A stretch of 62,901 nucleotides of DNA, filler included, from Rhabdomonas costata (Eukaryota), in the NCBI GenBank assembly GCA_019059605.1. It is 19 parts of 19 records of this genome, joined end to end, with 100 filler letters (N's around TTAATTAATTAA, not from the genome) between each part and the next. Parts side by side here need not be neighbours in the genome. Positions count along the whole stretch, not along the records: positions 59,697 to 62,901 come from JAHMHO010001185.1; 18 more parts are not named here. One strand, given 5' to 3'. Both the position numbers and the translations under genes were made by a program. Shown here piece by piece: positions 59,720 through 62,901 of this stretch; the first letter of the stretch is position 1, and the number at the start of each line of letters is the position of its first letter. Below the pieces are notes generated by a model. The model saw only the letters and a list, made by a program, of their open reading frames with translations. It did no database searches and was not told where the DNA came from.

Positions 59720-62071
59720 ATCTGGTCGAGCGTCGACGGGGAAAGGTGGACCCTTGTTTCGTCGGAGTACCCCTTCGAGGGTCGGTCCCACGCCGCGATG
59801 GTGGTGTTCTATGGGCAGCTGTGGCTGTTTGGAGGGCGGGGCAGGAACCAGCTTTTCTCCGACACCTGGTCCTCCGAGGATGGCGAGCACTGGGTCTCGA
59901 GGGCCGCCGCCCCAGCACCCTTCGCGGAGTTTGGGGCAGCGGTGCTGCAGGTTCTCTTGCAAGCAAAAAGATTTGTTGTGGGCCTCCGCATGGCGGCTGT
60001 TCTCATTTGTCTTTGTCTTTTTGCTTTTCTCTTCCCACTTTGCCACATTTTTACTATTACCTATTTATTTTATCAGATGTACGTTCACTGAACTGTTGAC
60101 GCAGTGCCGTGCTTGGGTTTAAAAAAGACATTTTACCTCTTTTTACCGTTGTAGCGCCGTAGCTTCCATCACCTCTACCACTTCGCCATCAAGTGCGTGT
60201 GCTACAGAACTGTTAGGGAAACTACCCAATAAACAAATCAAATCGCCCCTCGAATCTGCATTATCTCCCGGTGATTGCTGATTATGCTCCCGGTGATCAT
60301 TGCAGTTCTTTCGTGCATCGCCCTCTTGCTGTCTTATCCTCCCACTCTTTCGTCCTCCCCCTCTTATTGTCCACCATGACCACGGTTGTAATGAAATCGC
60401 AGGTTGCTCGTCGTGTCTGCTCCTACACCTACCATTCCCTGAATGTTGTAGTATCGGCAGGCTTGGTTCACGTGTTACTTCAGGCACCTGCCACCGAACC
60501 TTTGGCTGTCAGCTTTTCAAAAGCCACCCTCCTGATACTTTGATACTTGCTCTACGCCACATGCTTTTTTGTTCTGGGCGTTGCAGGCCAGCCTATTCAC
60601 CACCGGGGGCTTTGACAAGGGCGGCCAAGGCTCGACCGAGGGTGCCACCAGTGTGGTTTATGTCATGGGTATGCCCAATTTTTTCCGAGTGACTTCGCGC
60701 GCCTTGTGCTCGCAGAGCGGATTTTCTGTACTGACTCGATGTTCCCGATTTACCCCTTGCCAAAGTCCAGCGACCACTGATGCAGGGAGCCTAACTTCTT
60801 TGAATGAGAAAGTCGGCATGAGCAGCATTCGGCAGCACTAGTGTTTCTGTGTTGCAGTTGGAGAGGTGCTCGACTTTCAACTGTGGTTAAACTCACAACG
60901 GTATTCAACCCCGTTGAGCGGCGTAAGCACTACCAATGTGTTACTCACGTACCTTCCTCTCGCAGGAATTCCCTAAACAAAAAATGTAGGGTTTCGTATT
61001 GGAAAATTCTTGTTTTCAGAGGTTGACGGAAGAGAAACCACGACTGAACAACCACGAGAGTCCAAAGGATGTAGTTGCGCGTAGAGATCAGCAGCTTCTG
61101 GCGAAGAGCTCGTGCCACCCAAATAAAAGATCTGGTGTGTATGGCGGGAAAACGGCAGTGAAAGGTCTCAGAGGAAGCCAGAGTGTATCCCCCCGATCCC
61201 TGTTCAACACCAAAACCACTCAAGTCACACTCTGATCTACGTGGGTCCACATTCTCAAGTTCAATCTTAATGGTGCCAAGATTGTCCATCCTCGCCCCAT
61301 TGTTGTGTGGATTCTTCTGCTTGCATTGGCACTTGTCCGGCTGATGTTGTATGGTGTTGTGCGGCCATCCCGGCGGTATATCCCGCTTGCATGTGTCCAG
61401 ACTTGGGCGAGGCTGGGCCCATCCTGACCTGCGCGACATACACCTGCCCCTCGGGGCTCACCGTTCGGAAAGCGGTGGGGTGTTCCTCGCGGGTGTGCAA
61501 GGTGGAGGAGTGCTGCCAATGTATGCCTCTCCTTTTGGTCTTCCGCCCGTCTGTCAGTGATATCAGAATGGGTCCGGGTCAGACCCATTTCTCGTTAGAA
61601 AAATGGCATAAATCATCGCACAAGAACCCTTTCGCTTTTTGCGCTTGTCGTTGAAATGACCCCATCTTCCTTTCCTCCAAATATAGACTGTGCCACGATT
61701 TTTATTTTTGCCGCAAGGAACTTGGGCTCTTCCGAGTTTAGTGATCCATACATCAGGGAACCTTTCTTCAGCTTCTGCTGCACCAGAACGCTTTGGAAAA
61801 GCCGAAATTGGTTGTGTGGTGTTTCAATTTCGATCCCCGCACCTTACCCTTCGTGATCCTACCCTGTGCTGAGCATATTAACGATTGCTATTTATCGCTA
61901 TTTATCGGCAAACTTTCGCCGTCGTTGACCGCTTACTTTCCGTTCCCGCTTGTGCAGCAGCCCCTTGGTCATAAACTGCAACAAGAAGCGATTTTTTCTC
62001 ACGTGTTTCACAGGAGTTGTCAATTGTCCTCAGCTGGGCTTGTGGCGCCGTGGGTCGGATCGTCTGTCTAA
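59720..62071 (+). CDS. Kelch/Asp-box protein with Cys-rich C-terminal module. Exons 59720-59950, 60587-60668, 61401-61520, 62034-62071
   Basis: IWSSVDGERW, GRSHAAMVVFYGQLWLFGG, DTWSSEDGEHW, then TCATYTCPSG...C....C....CC. Phases are consistent to TAA. Confidence 0.8.
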
Positions 62072-62901
62072 GGTGATTTCCACCGGAATAAGCACATCCC
62101 CCGATGGAGCACCGCGCTCATCACGGGTGCTCACCTGGCTGGTGCTGGAGTTCTCTTTTCTGTCTTCTGTGTGAACCTGGACCGCATTCATCGAACACTG
62201 CTGTAGATGGTTTTTGCGTGTGTTTTGCCCTTACTGCAGTGCAAGGCCCCTCTTGAGCCTGGTGAATATGGGTGGATGGCGCTGGGCCATGTGGCGTTGT
62301 GGCCATGTGTCCCGGTTTCAAGGATGCAACACCGAATTTGCATATTGTTGTGGGCCCCTTGGGGCATAAGGTTGCACTGCTGTGGCTCGGGCGATGGGAC
62401 ATCATCCAACATGGCATCGCCTGTCTCTTGGTCGCCGCTTTTCGTTTTTCTGCCAGTTCTCAGTTCTCGAACCCTCGAGCTTCTCATCCTCCCATCGCCG
62501 TGGCCTATGTCTGTGTCGCAATGTAAGCAAATTGCCCCAAAGACAGGAAGGTCAGTCGAAGTTGTTCCTGATCGTCTGTCGTGTTGTTTTGGCACTTGCT
62601 TTCATTATGCTATGACTCCCACTTCGGATCTGATTACCGGTTGTTGGGCACGTGCGAACAGACCTGCCCTACAAAGACGATCGAGGTATGCCTTAGAGTG
62701 CAGTAAACATCTCAATAAAGTTCAGATTGTGATTATCGCTACAATTTGCTTCGATTCAGTCGAAATTGTTGTGGCGGACTTGCCCTTGGATTTCCTCGGC
62801 CGCCCTTTTCGGTGCTGTCTGTAATATAACTGTGGTTCCCTGCGTTTTGGAACTTCTTTTTCCATGTCCCCGGAGTGTGCACGTTTGGCCACACCACCCC
62901 C

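Overview
This window is not one locus. It is 19 unrelated contigs of about 3.2 kb, each joined by a 100-nt artificial spacer (N44-TTAATTAATTAA-N44), so no synteny can be inferred across spacers. Most contig ends carry G/T-only 5' and A/C-only 3' tails typical of degenerate-primer whole-genome amplification. The DNA is eukaryotic and intron-rich. Splice donors are mostly G|GTNY (GTGTG, GTGCG, GTGCA) and a flagellar RIB43A gene is present, which best fits a euglenid or euglenozoan flagellate (inference). Gene fragments reconstructed by hand include glycerol kinase, an SPFH protein, mitoferrin, a RING finger, a METTL21-like methyltransferase, a 27-aa LRR protein, a CAMK-like kinase, RIB43A, a hemerythrin C-terminus, proteasome Rpn11, ATG2, two Asp-box/kelch proteins, a DUF11-like mucin and a cadherin-like/discoidin protein, plus several hypothetical genes. 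The most notable signals are a GA-AG (or non-conventional) intron and several GC-AG introns fixed by conserved protein context, an in-frame TAG in an otherwise intact surface-protein gene, a MITE-like family with a GTTACC palindrome, a decayed hAT transposase and a head-to-head telomeric-repeat junction. No CRISPR array, rRNA or convincing tRNA was seen. All family calls come from motif recognition by eye, not database searches.
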